NCBI GenBank assembly: GCA_964400735.1
Contig: CAYNVQ010000011.1
Location: 58,673 to 122,672, forward strand
DNA: 64,000 bases
Direction of reading: 5' to 3'
Origin: an uncultured Eubacteriales bacterium
GTDB taxonomy: Bacteria; Acidobacteriota; Aminicenantia; Aminicenantales; Aminicenantaceae
Positions 47,399 to 58,005 of this stretch are shown here, piece after piece (within the stretch, counting starts at the first letter, position 1; every line of letters begins with the position of its first letter). Made by a program: the position numbers and the translations under genes. The notes beneath the pieces were generated by a model. That model was not told the DNA's origin, made no database searches, and saw only the letters and a program-made list of their open reading frames with translations.

Positions 47399-49966
47399 TT
47401 GAAGGGGATAAAATTGGCCAATACCTGTCCCAAATGTCATTTTGAAAATCCAGAGGGAACACGTTTCTGCGGAAATTGTGCGACTTCTTTAACTTCTTCA
47501 GAAAAAGATTCTGTTGCCCGCACGGCAACCATGGAAACACCTCTCGAGGGATTCGCCAGAGGATCGACATTTGCTGGACGGTACGAGATCATCGAAGAGC
47601 TGGGCAGCGGAGGCATGGGAAGGGTCTATAGAGTGGAAGACAAAAAGGTAGGGGAAGAAGTCGCTCTCAAAGTCATCTTTCCTGGAATGGCTGTCTCCTC
47701 AAAGACCCTGGAAAGGTTCCGTAACGAGCTGAAAGTAGCGAGGAAGATAAAACACAAAAATGTCTGCCAAATGTTCGATCTCGGGGAAGATGCGGGAATC
47801 TATTTCATCACAATGGAGTATGTACCAGGGGAAAACCTAAAAAGCTTCATCAAGAGGGCGAAGCGTCTGGACATAGGATCAGCCGTTTCTCTGGCCAAGG
47901 AGATCTGTGAAGGTATGGCAGCCGCTCATAAGCTGGGCATTATCCACCGTGATTTGAAGTCGAGCAATATCATGATCGACGATGAAGGGGAGGCCCGGAT
48001 CATGGACTTTGGGATTGCCCGGTCTCTTGAGTCCAAGAAACTTACAGGCGAAGGCAAGGTTGTGGGGACCCCACAGTACATGTCTCCAGAACAGATCAGT
48101 GGAGAGGAATTGGACCGAAGGTCGGATATTTACTCGTTCGGGATAATCCTCTATGAGATGTTGACCGGGAATGTTCCTTTCGACGGGGATACCTCTTTAG
48201 CCATAGCCTATCAGCATAAAAATGAGCCGCCTGTAAATCCACGCGATTTCAATCCGCACATTCCAAACGATTTGAGCCATTTGATACTGAAATGCATGGA
48301 AAAAAACAGAGAAGAGAGATACCAGAGCGCCGAGGAACTGTTCTCTGAACTCACCAAGATCGAGGGAAAAATACCCACAGGCGAAAAAGCCATTCCCGAG
48401 AGAAGATCAAAGCTACGCCTGAAGCGCAGGAGAACTCGACTCCAGTCTGTTTTGTGGCCGGGCCTTATTTTTACCGTTTTTGTCATGATCTTTGGGTATA
48501 TTTATCTGAACCGGATGTGGCAAACAGAAAGCACGAAGTGGAAAAATTCTATCGCGGTGCTTCCTTTCGAAGATAAAAGCGAGGCAGGAAATCATGATCC
48601 ATTATGCGAGGAAATGACGTTCTCTCTCATCACGAATCTATCCAATTGCGAGGGATTGAAAGTCATCCCATACCGCTCCGTCAGCCTCTATGGAGAGAAA
48701 ACAAAAAGCAATAAAGAGATCGGAGAAGAATTTGGCGTTAACACGATTCTGGTGCCTTATCTGAAAGTAGAGAGAGAAAAAATCCAGGTCCGAGCCCAGC
48801 TCGTTAATGCAAGCCAAAATTTTGTCATCTATACTTTTGAAAGAAGCTGTGATGAGGAAAAAATTTTTGAGTTACGGAACGATTTGTTCTTGGATATATC
48901 AAACCAATTGGGAGTGAAACTCACTCCAGAGAAGTTAAGTGGATTCACGAAGAGAGAACCCGAAAGAATCGAGACTTATAATTTTTATATAATAGGCAGA
49001 CACTTTGATAAAAAATATTCTGACCTGGAGAATGAAAAGGATTTTGAGGCAGCCGTCCAGAATTATGGAAAGGCCATCGAAATAGAGAAGGATTTTGCCC
49101 TAGCTTATTGGGGCCTAGGCAATGTCTATCATACCCGCTTTGTCAGCAGCGACGATTCAGAATGGATGGATTTCGATTCGATGAAGGAGAATTACACAAA
49201 GGCTTATCAAATCAATCCCGAATTACCAGAAGCGAATGTTGGGCTTGGGTGGGCCAATTTTTATGTAGGGGAATGGGATGAAGCCTTCCTGTATTATAAG
49301 CGAGCCTTTGAGTTGGGGAAAAATAATGCGGAAATCATTTATCTCGTCGGAGGATTTTTCAAAGATATCGGCTTATACGATAAAGCGATTGAATTGTATT
49401 TGAGAGCCATATTGATCGACCCTGTAAACCCAGACTATCGGGATTTATGCGCCTATTGTTACATGAATATGGGAGAGTATGAGAAAGCAGCGGAGCAAAT
49501 TCAAAAGGCATTGGAGTTCGACCCAGAAGACACATACTTCCGTCTTTTTTATGCGCGACAACTCATCATGATGGCAAAATATGATGAAGCCGAACAAGCT
49601 ATAGCCCAGGTTGAAAAGCAAGATGCAGACCTTCTTGAAATCCAGTATGTTCGCGCTTATAGATTTGCAGTCGGGGGAGACAAAGAAAAAGCCCTGGCTA
49701 TCGTCCGTGATCTGGATCCTTATGAATTTACCGCTCTAATCGCGCCCGTCTATTCCATTTTAGGAATGAAGGATAAAGCCATCGAAAATATCCAAGATGT
49801 CATCAAGAATGGCTTCTTTAAAGTGAAAACGTATCCTTATACCTATTATTCCCTGATAAAGAATCGTTTTTTTGACAGGCTTCGAGATGATCCGCGTTTT
49901 CAGAAGATCGTCAAGGAGGAAAAACAGAAATATCAAGAAAGGCTAAAAAAATATTCTGACTTATGA
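47399..49966 (+). CDS. Ser/Thr protein kinase with Zn ribbon, TM helix, TolB-N-like domain and TPRs; likely start TTG 47414
   Basis: CPKC..FCGNC; GSGGMG, VALK, HRDLKSSN, DFG, GTPQYMSPE; SIAVLPF; TPRs; LRDDPRF. Confidence 0.95.
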   Translation: MKGIKLANTCPKCHFENPEGTRFCGNCATSLTSSEKDSVARTATMETPLEGFARGSTFAGRYEIIEELGSGGMGRVYRVEDKKVGEEVALKVIFPGMAVSSKTLERFRNELKVARKIKHKNVCQMFDLGEDAGIYFITMEYVPGENLKSFIKRAKRLDIGSAVSLAKEICEGMAAAHKLGIIHRDLKSSNIMIDDEGEARIMDFGIARSLESKKLTGEGKVVGTPQYMSPEQISGEELDRRSDIYSFGIILYEMLTGNVPFDGDTSLAIAYQHKNEPPVNPRDFNPHIPNDLSHLILKCMEKNREERYQSAEELFSELTKIEGKIPTGEKAIPERRSKLRLKRRRTRLQSVLWPGLIFTVFVMIFGYIYLNRMWQTESTKWKNSIAVLPFEDKSEAGNHDPLCEEMTFSLITNLSNCEGLKVIPYRSVSLYGEKTKSNKEIGEEFGVNTILVPYLKVEREKIQVRAQLVNASQNFVIYTFERSCDEEKIFELRNDLFLDISNQLGVKLTPEKLSGFTKREPERIETYNFYIIGRHFDKKYSDLENEKDFEAAVQNYGKAIEIEKDFALAYWGLGNVYHTRFVSSDDSEWMDFDSMKENYTKAYQINPELPEANVGLGWANFYVGEWDEAFLYYKRAFELGKNNAEIIYLVGGFFKDIGLYDKAIELYLRAILIDPVNPDYRDLCAYCYMNMGEYEKAAEQIQKALEFDPEDTYFRLFYARQLIMMAKYDEAEQAIAQVEKQDADLLEIQYVRAYRFAVGGDKEKALAIVRDLDPYEFTALIAPVYSILGMKDKAIENIQDVIKNGFFKVKTYPYTYYSLIKNRFFDRLRDDPRFQKIVKEEKQKYQERLKKYSDL

Positions 49967-50580
49967 TTGAAATCCCTTTTGAGGGAATTTACATAAAAAG
50001 AGTGTGTTCATTTTTTTTAGCAAAGGAGGGTAAAATGTCTTTTCCCAAAAAATCTTTTTTTCGACTTACCTTAGTCCTTCCTCTGGTTATTTTGCTTATT
50101 TTTACATTCTGCTTGCTGAAGCAGGGGGAGAGTGCGGAACAGCGAGGATCAGGAGAAAAGGTCAATTTGGCCAAATACGAAAAGGACTTTATGGCCCATT
50201 TGGAGGGGCTTTTCAGTGAACTAAGAGCACATTTTATGGATGGTGACTTTGAAGAAATGGCCGATCTGCTGGTCGATAGGACCGTTCTTTATATGCCAAC
50301 TGGAAAAAGAATAACGACGAAAGGTGAACTATTGACTTTCCTCAAGGAGAGAAAGAGCCCGGATGTTTTTGATTTGCGCTTCACTTTGGAGTTTAGCAAG
50401 GTGTTTATGGTGGCTGAACCGATAGACAGAGGTATGGACACAATTGATGCCATCGGTCATTCAATAATCACCTACCACATAATAGAGAAAAAGGGAGAAG
50501 CCATAACGAACACCACTGGTTCTGCGGAATACGATGCGCCGCATCCGAAAAAGTGTGTGTGGGGCAAAACTGAAGGATAA
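49963..50580 (+). CDS. Hypothetical exported protein, possibly NTF2/SnoaL-like; likely start 50035
   Basis: AAGGAGG before ATG 50035; N-terminal TM; F..GDFEEMADL....L..P.G..I pattern. Confidence 0.6.
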   Translation: MIEIPFEGIYIKRVCSFFLAKEGKMSFPKKSFFRLTLVLPLVILLIFTFCLLKQGESAEQRGSGEKVNLAKYEKDFMAHLEGLFSELRAHFMDGDFEEMADLLVDRTVLYMPTGKRITTKGELLTFLKERKSPDVFDLRFTLEFSKVFMVAEPIDRGMDTIDAIGHSIITYHIIEKKGEAITNTTGSAEYDAPHPKKCVWGKTEG

Positions 50581-50642
50581 TCATCAACGACTTGAACACA
50601 GAAAGCTTGTCCGTCATTTTTTCCCCTTGGAGAAATAGGTAT

Positions 50643-52190
50643 TCATTTTTCGAGTGCACGGCGTATGAATTCTTCCACATCCTTGTGGAGCTTTTGATGG
50701 GCGGTTTTGCGGACATACATCATGTGCCCTGATTCATAGTAGGTCATGGTGATGTTCTTTTGCAGTTCATGGGCCAAGTCCATGTGGGCGACGGTGTAAT
50801 CGGCGTCGAAATAAGGTGTGGCGAAATCGTAATATCCACTGGCGATGAGGACCTTTAGCTGGGGATTTATGTGCATGGCCTGGCGCAGTATCTCGGCCGT
50901 GTTGAGGTAACCACTGCCGTCCGGTTTCAAGGGCCAGGGCTGTACTCCTGCCAAATAATTATAGGGGAGGTCATTTTCATACCCCAAGTCCCTGCGGATG
51001 TAGTCGTTGATCAAGGCCACGTAGGACCCGATGACGATCGACCAGCTCTGGTCGAAATCGGGAGCTTCACCGGCCGATTCCCGGTCGATACCTGTATACC
51101 GGGTATCCAGTCTCCCCACAGTCTTTCCCTGATCGCGAAGGAGTTCTTTGTAAAAGCGGTTTTCCGTGACTCTCATGTTCGAGCGCTCGAGGAATTCCTC
51201 CGATAATCCGGTGAAAGAGGAAAGTTTCTTGATGATTTCCGTTCTTTCGTCTGGATCGAGTTTGTTTCCTTTGAGGAGCGCCAGAGCAAACTCATTGAGG
51301 GCGAAATCTTCGGCCTTATCCAGAGCCTGCCTGAGATCGCCCGATAATTCCGGCGCCAGCTTGCCGTGATACCACGCCGCGGCTGTGTAGGAAGGTAGGA
51401 ACATGATGTAAGCCATGTCGTTCCCGATGCTCCAATCGGTATTCTGCCAGTTCAATACCACAGAGATAAGGATCACGCCGTTTAAAAACATCCCGTAACG
51501 GGTCTGCAGATGGTTGGCCAAACCGGAAACGCGGGTTGTGGCATAGCTTTCTCCGGCCAGAAACTTGGGCGATAGCCATCTTTTGTTGCGGGTGACGTAA
51601 AGACGGATGAATTCGCCCACAGACTCGACATCCTTCTCGAAACCGTAAAATTGGGCGGGGTCCTCTCCTGGCGTGGCCCTGCTGTACCCAGTTGATATAG
51701 GGTCTATAAACACCAGGTCGGCCAAATCCAGGACACAGAATTCATTGTCGACCAGTTTTCCGGGAGGCGGGAGCAGGGGAAAGCCTTCATCGTCCAGGAG
51801 TGATTTTTTGGGCCCGAATGCTCCCAGATGGACCCAAACAGCCGCGCCTCCTGGCCCTCCGTTGAAGCAGAACATGATCGGTCTCTGGGACGGATCCTTA
51901 ACCCCATCTTTGTTGTAGGCGATATAAAAGATCGATCCCTTGGCTTTTCCCTCCTCTGTTCTCAACAGAATAGTGCCGGCCGTGGCTGTATAGTCGATCG
52001 GCGTTCCTTGGAGAACGATTCTGTGTTTGGTGACCGAGGCCGTCTCCTTTACCGCGTAGGAATTTTTTCCCTCAACCAGTTTGGGAGCCGGGACCTCTTT
52101 AGTCTGCTGAATGGGAAAAGCTTTTGACCAAGGGATGAGAGCTGCCAACACAAAAAAGACACAAAAACTCATCGCCCATGTTTTCTTCAT
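50643..52190 (-). CDS. Serine carboxypeptidase S10 family
   Basis: FNGGPG, GESY, GYYD.ATP, SGHMMY. Confidence 0.95.
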   Translation of the reverse strand: MKKTWAMSFCVFFVLAALIPWSKAFPIQQTKEVPAPKLVEGKNSYAVKETASVTKHRIVLQGTPIDYTATAGTILLRTEEGKAKGSIFYIAYNKDGVKDPSQRPIMFCFNGGPGGAAVWVHLGAFGPKKSLLDDEGFPLLPPPGKLVDNEFCVLDLADLVFIDPISTGYSRATPGEDPAQFYGFEKDVESVGEFIRLYVTRNKRWLSPKFLAGESYATTRVSGLANHLQTRYGMFLNGVILISVVLNWQNTDWSIGNDMAYIMFLPSYTAAAWYHGKLAPELSGDLRQALDKAEDFALNEFALALLKGNKLDPDERTEIIKKLSSFTGLSEEFLERSNMRVTENRFYKELLRDQGKTVGRLDTRYTGIDRESAGEAPDFDQSWSIVIGSYVALINDYIRRDLGYENDLPYNYLAGVQPWPLKPDGSGYLNTAEILRQAMHINPQLKVLIASGYYDFATPYFDADYTVAHMDLAHELQKNITMTYYESGHMMYVRKTAHQKLHKDVEEFIRRALEK

Positions 52191-52398
52191 GATCTTATCT
52201 CCTCCATCTGTTGACTTTTCTCTAGTCTACCATACCGGAAATTTTTGGGAAAAGAAAATATGAATAAAAAAATGTTGCTTAAAGGACAGTATACTCTGGC
52301 CTTATTCATAATGCCATGACACAGTATGATTGATTCATTGTCGTTAGGCTAGCGCCTTAGTATGTCGGGGCGGCTGGCTGGCCGGGCATGAGAATGGG

Positions 52399-54609
52399 TT
52401 ATATCCTATTCAAGGAATGAAGGAAACGGCGGCAGGCTTGAGTCGAATCGAGGAAAAATCGGGCATGGGTGGTAGCATATCCTATCTTTATCGAGAAGGC
52501 TCCCTCCGGCAGAGCCTTGAACAGATCTTCATCTGTCCAGTCGTCCCCTATGGCCAACACAAAATCGTAGGCATCTGTCATCAACAAATCGCGGGCTGCC
52601 TGTCCCTTATTGATCCCCCCTGGCCGGATTTCGATGACCTTTTTTCCGTGCATGAGCTGCAGGTCCGTATTGGCGAGAAATTCGTTAAGATTGTCGAATA
52701 GTTCGTGGGAACGAATCTCTCCGAGCTCGGGATTGGCTTTGCGGTAGTGCCAGGCCAGACCCAATTCTTTCTCTTCCACGAACGATCCAGGCACCCTCGT
52801 CTCGTAGGTTTTCAGGATGGGCATCACTTGTGTCTTCCAGTCGGTCTTCACGGTCTTTAGGGCTTTCCATCCGGAATTTTTGCCCAGCCGGATCCACGCG
52901 CCATGCTCGGCGACTAGGGAACAGGGAAGATCTCCCAGCCACTGTTCCATGGTCGAACGGTCGCGACCGCTGATAATGGCCACTTGATTCTTCCTCTTTT
53001 TTGCCAAACCGAGCAATAGCCTTTTTAGTTCCATATCGGGCTCGGCATCTTCGGGTTTCTTGGCGAAAGAGATCAAGGTCCCATCGTAATCGAACATCAA
53101 AAGACGTTTTGAGCCTTCCTGGTAGTCGGAAAGAAGCTTTTTCTTCCATTTATCGGTCAGCTTCCGGTGTTCCCTTTGATACTTCCGTTTTTTCATTTCT
53201 TCCATACCGGAAATGAAGCTTCGGGTCCAGTGAAAAATATCATAGTCGATGATGCGCTGCCGCATGGTTTTCATCCTCCGCGCCTGTTCCTCTTTTGGCA
53301 TTTCCAGGGCCTGAACGAGGGCGGTGACAATATCTTCTCTGCTGTAGACATTCACCACAAGAGCCTCGCCCAGTTCAGCTTCGGCTCCAGCGGTTCCGCT
53401 CAGGATCAGAACTCCTGAATCATCTGTCCGGGAGGCCACATATTCCTTGGCCACGAGATTCATTCCATCCCGTACCGGGGTAACCAGGGCGATATCCGCG
53501 ATGGCATAGAGGGGCAGAAGCCGTTGAAAGGGAAAAGAACGGTACAGGTAAAAGATAGGCATCCAGCCTGGGGTCCCGAATCGTCCGTTGATTTTTCCCA
53601 CCAAGCTTTCCACTTCCTGTTTAAGGAGGATGTAATCCCTGACCTTGGTCCTAGATGGGACGCAGAGCATGATGTAAACCAGCTTCTCCCGCCATTCTGG
53701 GTGGCGGGAGAGAAAACTTTCAAAGGCCTGTAGCCGGTGAGGGATCCCCTTTGAATAATCCAGCCGGTCGACGGAGAGAATGACTTTTCGATCTTTTTTT
53801 TCGATGGCCTTTTGGAATTTTCGAATATCTTTTTGAGTCGATTCCTCCTGAAGCAATTTCATGATGTTTTGAGCGTCGACTCCCATAGGAAAATTATCGG
53901 CCAGGACGATACGGTCGCCGAAGGAGACGGCCCCGAATTTATGTTCCAGTCCCTTCAGGCGAAGAACACTGCTCAAAAAATGTCGGGCGTATTCGTAGGT
54001 ATGGAAACCGACCAGATCGGATCCCAACAATCCCTCCAGCACTTCGTTGCGCCAGGGCAGTATGCGGAAAATCTCTGAAGAGGGAAAAGGAATATGAAGA
54101 AAGAAACCGATGTCACTTTGAGGGAAATAGGTCCGCAAAAGATGAGGAAGCAGCATCAGGTGATAGTCGTGGACCCAAAAGGTATCCTTTTCTGTGGATA
54201 CTTGAATGATCTTTTTAAAAAATTTTTGGTTGACTCGCTGGTAGGCCTCCCATTCGGGCTTTTCGAAGGTGCAGTAGCTGGTAAAATAATGGAAAAGTGG
54301 CCAGAGAGTCCGGTTGGAAAAGCCGTAGTAGTATCTATCGATTTCGCTGCGGTTCAAAAATATAGGGAAGCATTTATGCTTTTCTCTCAGCGTCGATTCG
54401 ATGATTCTCTGTTCTTTGCCGCTTTCCGGAATACAACCCGGCCATCCGAAGAAAATGACCTTTTTTTCTTTATGGAGTGCCCTTAATGCGGTAGCCAGGC
54501 CGCCCGGGCTCGGCTGGATTTCAAGCTTTCCTTTTCTTTTGGAGATGCTGACAGGAAGCCGGTTGGATACGATAATGAGCCTGCCTGATTGTTGCTTTGT
54601 TGAAGACAT
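52399..54609 (-). CDS. Bifunctional trehalose-6-phosphate synthase/phosphatase (OtsA-OtsB fusion)
   Basis: [31 protein letters not shown]; HAD domain [14 protein letters not shown]. Confidence 0.96.
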   Translation of the reverse strand: MSSTKQQSGRLIIVSNRLPVSISKRKGKLEIQPSPGGLATALRALHKEKKVIFFGWPGCIPESGKEQRIIESTLREKHKCFPIFLNRSEIDRYYYGFSNRTLWPLFHYFTSYCTFEKPEWEAYQRVNQKFFKKIIQVSTEKDTFWVHDYHLMLLPHLLRTYFPQSDIGFFLHIPFPSSEIFRILPWRNEVLEGLLGSDLVGFHTYEYARHFLSSVLRLKGLEHKFGAVSFGDRIVLADNFPMGVDAQNIMKLLQEESTQKDIRKFQKAIEKKDRKVILSVDRLDYSKGIPHRLQAFESFLSRHPEWREKLVYIMLCVPSRTKVRDYILLKQEVESLVGKINGRFGTPGWMPIFYLYRSFPFQRLLPLYAIADIALVTPVRDGMNLVAKEYVASRTDDSGVLILSGTAGAEAELGEALVVNVYSREDIVTALVQALEMPKEEQARRMKTMRQRIIDYDIFHWTRSFISGMEEMKKRKYQREHRKLTDKWKKKLLSDYQEGSKRLLMFDYDGTLISFAKKPEDAEPDMELKRLLLGLAKKRKNQVAIISGRDRSTMEQWLGDLPCSLVAEHGAWIRLGKNSGWKALKTVKTDWKTQVMPILKTYETRVPGSFVEEKELGLAWHYRKANPELGEIRSHELFDNLNEFLANTDLQLMHGKKVIEIRPGGINKGQAARDLLMTDAYDFVLAIGDDWTDEDLFKALPEGAFSIKIGYATTHARFFLDSTQACRRFLHSLNRI

Positions 54610-54802
54610 GGTGCCTTGTTAGTTTTAGTTTAACCTCTAAACGGGAAAAGTTCAAATCTCGTCAGAGCCAGGCATTTCCAAAACCGTGATGATTTTCGAT
54701 CTGGAAGGGAAGCTGAAGAGGAAGCCATCCGGAGACGAGCGGGCATGGAAAGTAAGCTTTGCTGGCAGGTTGGAGAGCGAGCCGAGGAATAAGCAGGTTT
54801 TA

Positions 54803-54890
54803 ATTGATTTGGTTTACAAATCAATGGGGGATCCAAGGGGGCATGACCCCTTGGTCGCAGGGCAAAGCCCGAGAAGGGGCAGTTCCCCCT
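54803..54890. repeat. Cluster of four adjacent hairpins
   Basis: ATTGATTTG-5-CAAATCAAT; CCAAGGGG-6-CCCCTTGG; GGGC-3-GCCC; AGGGG-6-CCCCT. Confidence 0.65.
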
Positions 54891-55157
54891 CCAAGGAGTC
54901 GATGGGGAAAAACAGCGGGCTGACGTTTCAGCTACGCTGATAGTTGCTTTATCACGGTATTGGGAATGCTTCTCTGAGCCAGTCCAGAAATGTAATCTAA
55001 ATTTGAGAACAGAGGGAAATGTTCGATCCCGATAACGCTGTCCTCGATGCTCTGATTCGCAGCTTGATTTTAGGTCCTCGAGGCATTCGAGACGCGTCTA
55101 TAAACAGGAGAGATAATAGGGCGAGATGTCCAGCTAGCTGAAATTTCTGTTAAAAAG

Positions 55158-56702
55158 TTAGGATAATGTAAAAAGCGATTCTAAATCTTTCATACGTCTT
55201 GGGCCCCGCAATTTTCTTATGGCTTTAGCCTCGATCTGTCTGACGCGCTCTCGGGTAACCTTGAATTTCTGACCCACTTCTTCCAGCGTGTGTTCGTTAC
55301 CGCTTCCTATCCCAAATCGCATTTTCAAAACGGCGGCCTCCCGTTCGTTCAAAGACCTCAGAACTTTTTCGATCTTTTCTTTTCGGTTCGTCCGGATGAA
55401 TACATCATCGGGCGCAAGTGATTTATTGTCCTCGATAAAATCCTTTAATGAGCTGTCTCCATCCTCTCCGATCGGCGTTTCGATGGAGACGGGCACCATG
55501 GCGATCTTCATGATCTTTCTCACTTTTCCGACAGGAAGTTTCATCATTCTGGCTATTTCTTCTTGTGTCGGCTCTCGGCCGTTTTTTTGAACCATGAGCT
55601 GGCAGATTTTATTCATGCGCATGATGGTTTCATTCATATGCACGGGAACTCTTATCGTCCGTGCTTGATCGGCGACTGCCCTGGATATGGCCTGCCTTAT
55701 CCACCACGTGGCATAGGTTGAAAATTTATATCCCCTCCGGTAGTCGAATTTATCTACGGCTTTCATCAGTCCCATGTTTCCCTCTTGAATCAGATCCAGA
55801 AATTGGAGGTTGCGGTTCGTGTATTTTTTAGCGATAGCAACGACCAGACGTAAATTTGCTTTGACCAATTCCTTTTTTGCCTGATGGGCAATAGATTTTT
55901 CATGATAGATCAGCAGCATAAGGCTACCTAAAGGGCCGATATCGAGCCCAATGTCTCTTTTCAATTTTCTCAATCCCTTTTGGACTACCGCTATTCTGGC
56001 GCTGTATTCTTTTTTTTTGTTGGGACTCCTTGATCTTTGTAACAGAAGCCTTGCCTCTTCTTCAGTTTTGACGAGCTTCAGGATAATTTCGAATTTTTTG
56101 TAGAGTTCCTCCGCTATCTCCTCGAAAATGAATGGCTTAATACGGGTTTTCTCAATCAGTTCTATGATACGGATAACAAGACGCCCCCTTTCGAAGGCGT
56201 TCTTTTTCCTTCTGGGGATCGTCCTTAATTGAGTGGCTAAATCTTCAATCCTCTTGATAATAGATACAATCCGGTTCTTTTTATCCTGGTCTCCTCCCTC
56301 AGTCAGATCTTCCTCGCTATCGTCGAAAAACCGATCGATTATATCCGGATTTTCCTTTACCTCCTCATAGATCCGGTCTATTCTTTTGGTCAACAATCTC
56401 GTTTGGGCGATGGCCTTGATTATTCTTAGGCTGCTTTTTTCGATCCGTTTGGCGATCATCACTTCACCATCCCGGGTGAGGAGCGAGGTTTTTCCCATAT
56501 CGGCCAAATAAAGCCGGACTGGATCCGTAGTGTGTTTGAGACCTTCGATAGGAAAGCCGTTGTTTTTTTGAGCGAATTTATTTTTCTGAAGATGGAAAGA
56601 TTTTTGTTTTCCATTGGCGGAATCGACAAAATCATCGAGATTCATTTCAAAATATGGATTGTTCAAAAACAATTGCTTCGGTCGTTTTTGATTTTTTCCC
56701 AT
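55158..56702 (-). CDS. RpoD-like sigma70 factor (paralog lacking an obvious region 1.1)
   Basis: [54 protein letters not shown]. Confidence 0.93.
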   Translation of the reverse strand: MGKNQKRPKQLFLNNPYFEMNLDDFVDSANGKQKSFHLQKNKFAQKNNGFPIEGLKHTTDPVRLYLADMGKTSLLTRDGEVMIAKRIEKSSLRIIKAIAQTRLLTKRIDRIYEEVKENPDIIDRFFDDSEEDLTEGGDQDKKNRIVSIIKRIEDLATQLRTIPRRKKNAFERGRLVIRIIELIEKTRIKPFIFEEIAEELYKKFEIILKLVKTEEEARLLLQRSRSPNKKKEYSARIAVVQKGLRKLKRDIGLDIGPLGSLMLLIYHEKSIAHQAKKELVKANLRLVVAIAKKYTNRNLQFLDLIQEGNMGLMKAVDKFDYRRGYKFSTYATWWIRQAISRAVADQARTIRVPVHMNETIMRMNKICQLMVQKNGREPTQEEIARMMKLPVGKVRKIMKIAMVPVSIETPIGEDGDSSLKDFIEDNKSLAPDDVFIRTNRKEKIEKVLRSLNEREAAVLKMRFGIGSGNEHTLEEVGQKFKVTRERVRQIEAKAIRKLRGPRRMKDLESLFTLS

Positions 56703-56717
56703 TTTCCTGCTTGTCCT

Positions 56718-57110
56718 TCAATCCCTCCAGTTTTGGAAGGCGCTTTTGCTTTCCTCTATGGTCGCTTTCACTGCCTGGCGTTTGGATAAGCCCTCTTTGA
56801 GTTTATCCGATATTTCTCTCGTAAAAATGGCACGCAACAGAACGATATTTTCTTCATTCGATTTCAAGGTGTTTTGGATGACGCTCTTATTTTCGTCATC
56901 CATTTTTTCCAGCATTCCTTTCAGTTTCGGATGATTTATGGCCGATAGATAGCAAAGCTCGTAGACGAAAGCAAAGACATCTTTCAAGGATTTTTTGAAG
57001 GATTCTCGAGGCTGTCGCTCAGCCAAATTTTTGGCGGAAAAGCCTTTGGAAAAGGTGGATTCAACATCCTCCCACAATTCACCTAAAAAAGTTTCGAACG
57101 TACAAGCCAC
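56718..57110 (-). CDS. Hypothetical protein (130 aa)
   Basis: Co-oriented ORF filling the gap between USP and sigma factor. Confidence 0.65.
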   Translation of the reverse strand: MACTFETFLGELWEDVESTFSKGFSAKNLAERQPRESFKKSLKDVFAFVYELCYLSAINHPKLKGMLEKMDDENKSVIQNTLKSNEENIVLLRAIFTREISDKLKEGLSKRQAVKATIEESKSAFQNWRD

Positions 57111-57154
57111 CTCACCGTCCTTGACCTTTTCAGGATCGAATTTTTTTTTCAGCT

Positions 57155-57622
57155 TTACCCTTTCCTTTCTAAGGGGTTGCGAACGGTTAGGATCGGCACC
57201 GGAGAGATATGAGTGAGTTTTTCTGTCACCGATCCCAAAATGTGCTTTTTCCCGCTTTTCATCCCATGACGCGATATGACGATGAGATCGATTCTTTCTT
57301 TTTGTGCCTGTCGGACAATTTTTTCAGCCTCATCTCCGTGAGCGACCTTGATGTGTTTTTTCAAATCATTCCCGATTTTTTTATCGATTACCTCTTCGAG
57401 GGATTTTTCCGCCGAGGACTGAGGATTTTCGACATAGGCCGCAACGTTGAATGGAGATTTATCCTCTGGAGCTGGAGCAAACGGCGGGAGTGCAGGAATT
57501 ACATGGATGAGGAAAAGTTTTGGCGCAAATTGAGAGGCCAGTTCTTTTGCGGTTTCGAGCGCTTCATAAAATGGTTCACTGAAGTCGGTCGGCAGCACCA
57601 TTCTTTTAAGGGGTAACACCAT
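57155..57622 (-). CDS. Universal stress protein (USP family)
   Basis: LPTDFS, DLIVISRHG, LGSVTEK, PVPILTV; GGAG before ATG 57622. Confidence 0.92.
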   Translation of the reverse strand: MVLPLKRMVLPTDFSEPFYEALETAKELASQFAPKLFLIHVIPALPPFAPAPEDKSPFNVAAYVENPQSSAEKSLEEVIDKKIGNDLKKHIKVAHGDEAEKIVRQAQKERIDLIVISRHGMKSGKKHILGSVTEKLTHISPVPILTVRNPLERKG

Positions 57623-57946
57623 GTGTCTCCAATAAGCCTCCGCAAACCTTTTGTAAGCCTTTCCCCATAAGAAAAATGCCCGGAAAAGACATTTTGGGAG
57701 GGACAGGAAGCAGATTAAATAAATTTCAAAGCCATTTTCAGTCATTCTCTCACATATCCACTCTTAAATCAAATCGTATTCATTGACGGGAATCGTTCTT
57801 GTTGCCGTGATTGTTTTTTTTAGGATGCGGGGTGCTCCAGTGAGGAAGCCCTTCTTGGCGAGCGGAAATTGAAAAAAAATACTGTCACACAGGATGCAAT
57901 TCTGTTTCTCAAGATATCGATCATAATAAAATGGGGACATTAATTC

Positions 57947-58003
57947 GGGGACACATAACATAATTCCGAAGCTTGTGGATAAAAAGATAAGTGATGTATC
58001 CCC
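57947..58003. repeat. REP-like inverted repeat just past the stop of the upstream minus-strand gene
   Basis: GGGGACACATAAC / GTGATGTATCCCC (11/13); extra GGGGACAT at 57933. Confidence 0.55.
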
Positions 58004-58005
58004 TA

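Noticed and set aside
52283-52330. GGACAGTATACT as another REP-like arm
   Set aside because: No convincing partner arm
57623-57961. N-terminal USP extension and 65-aa ORF
   Set aside because: Better RBS at 57622; the upstream ORF lacks support and overlaps a repeat
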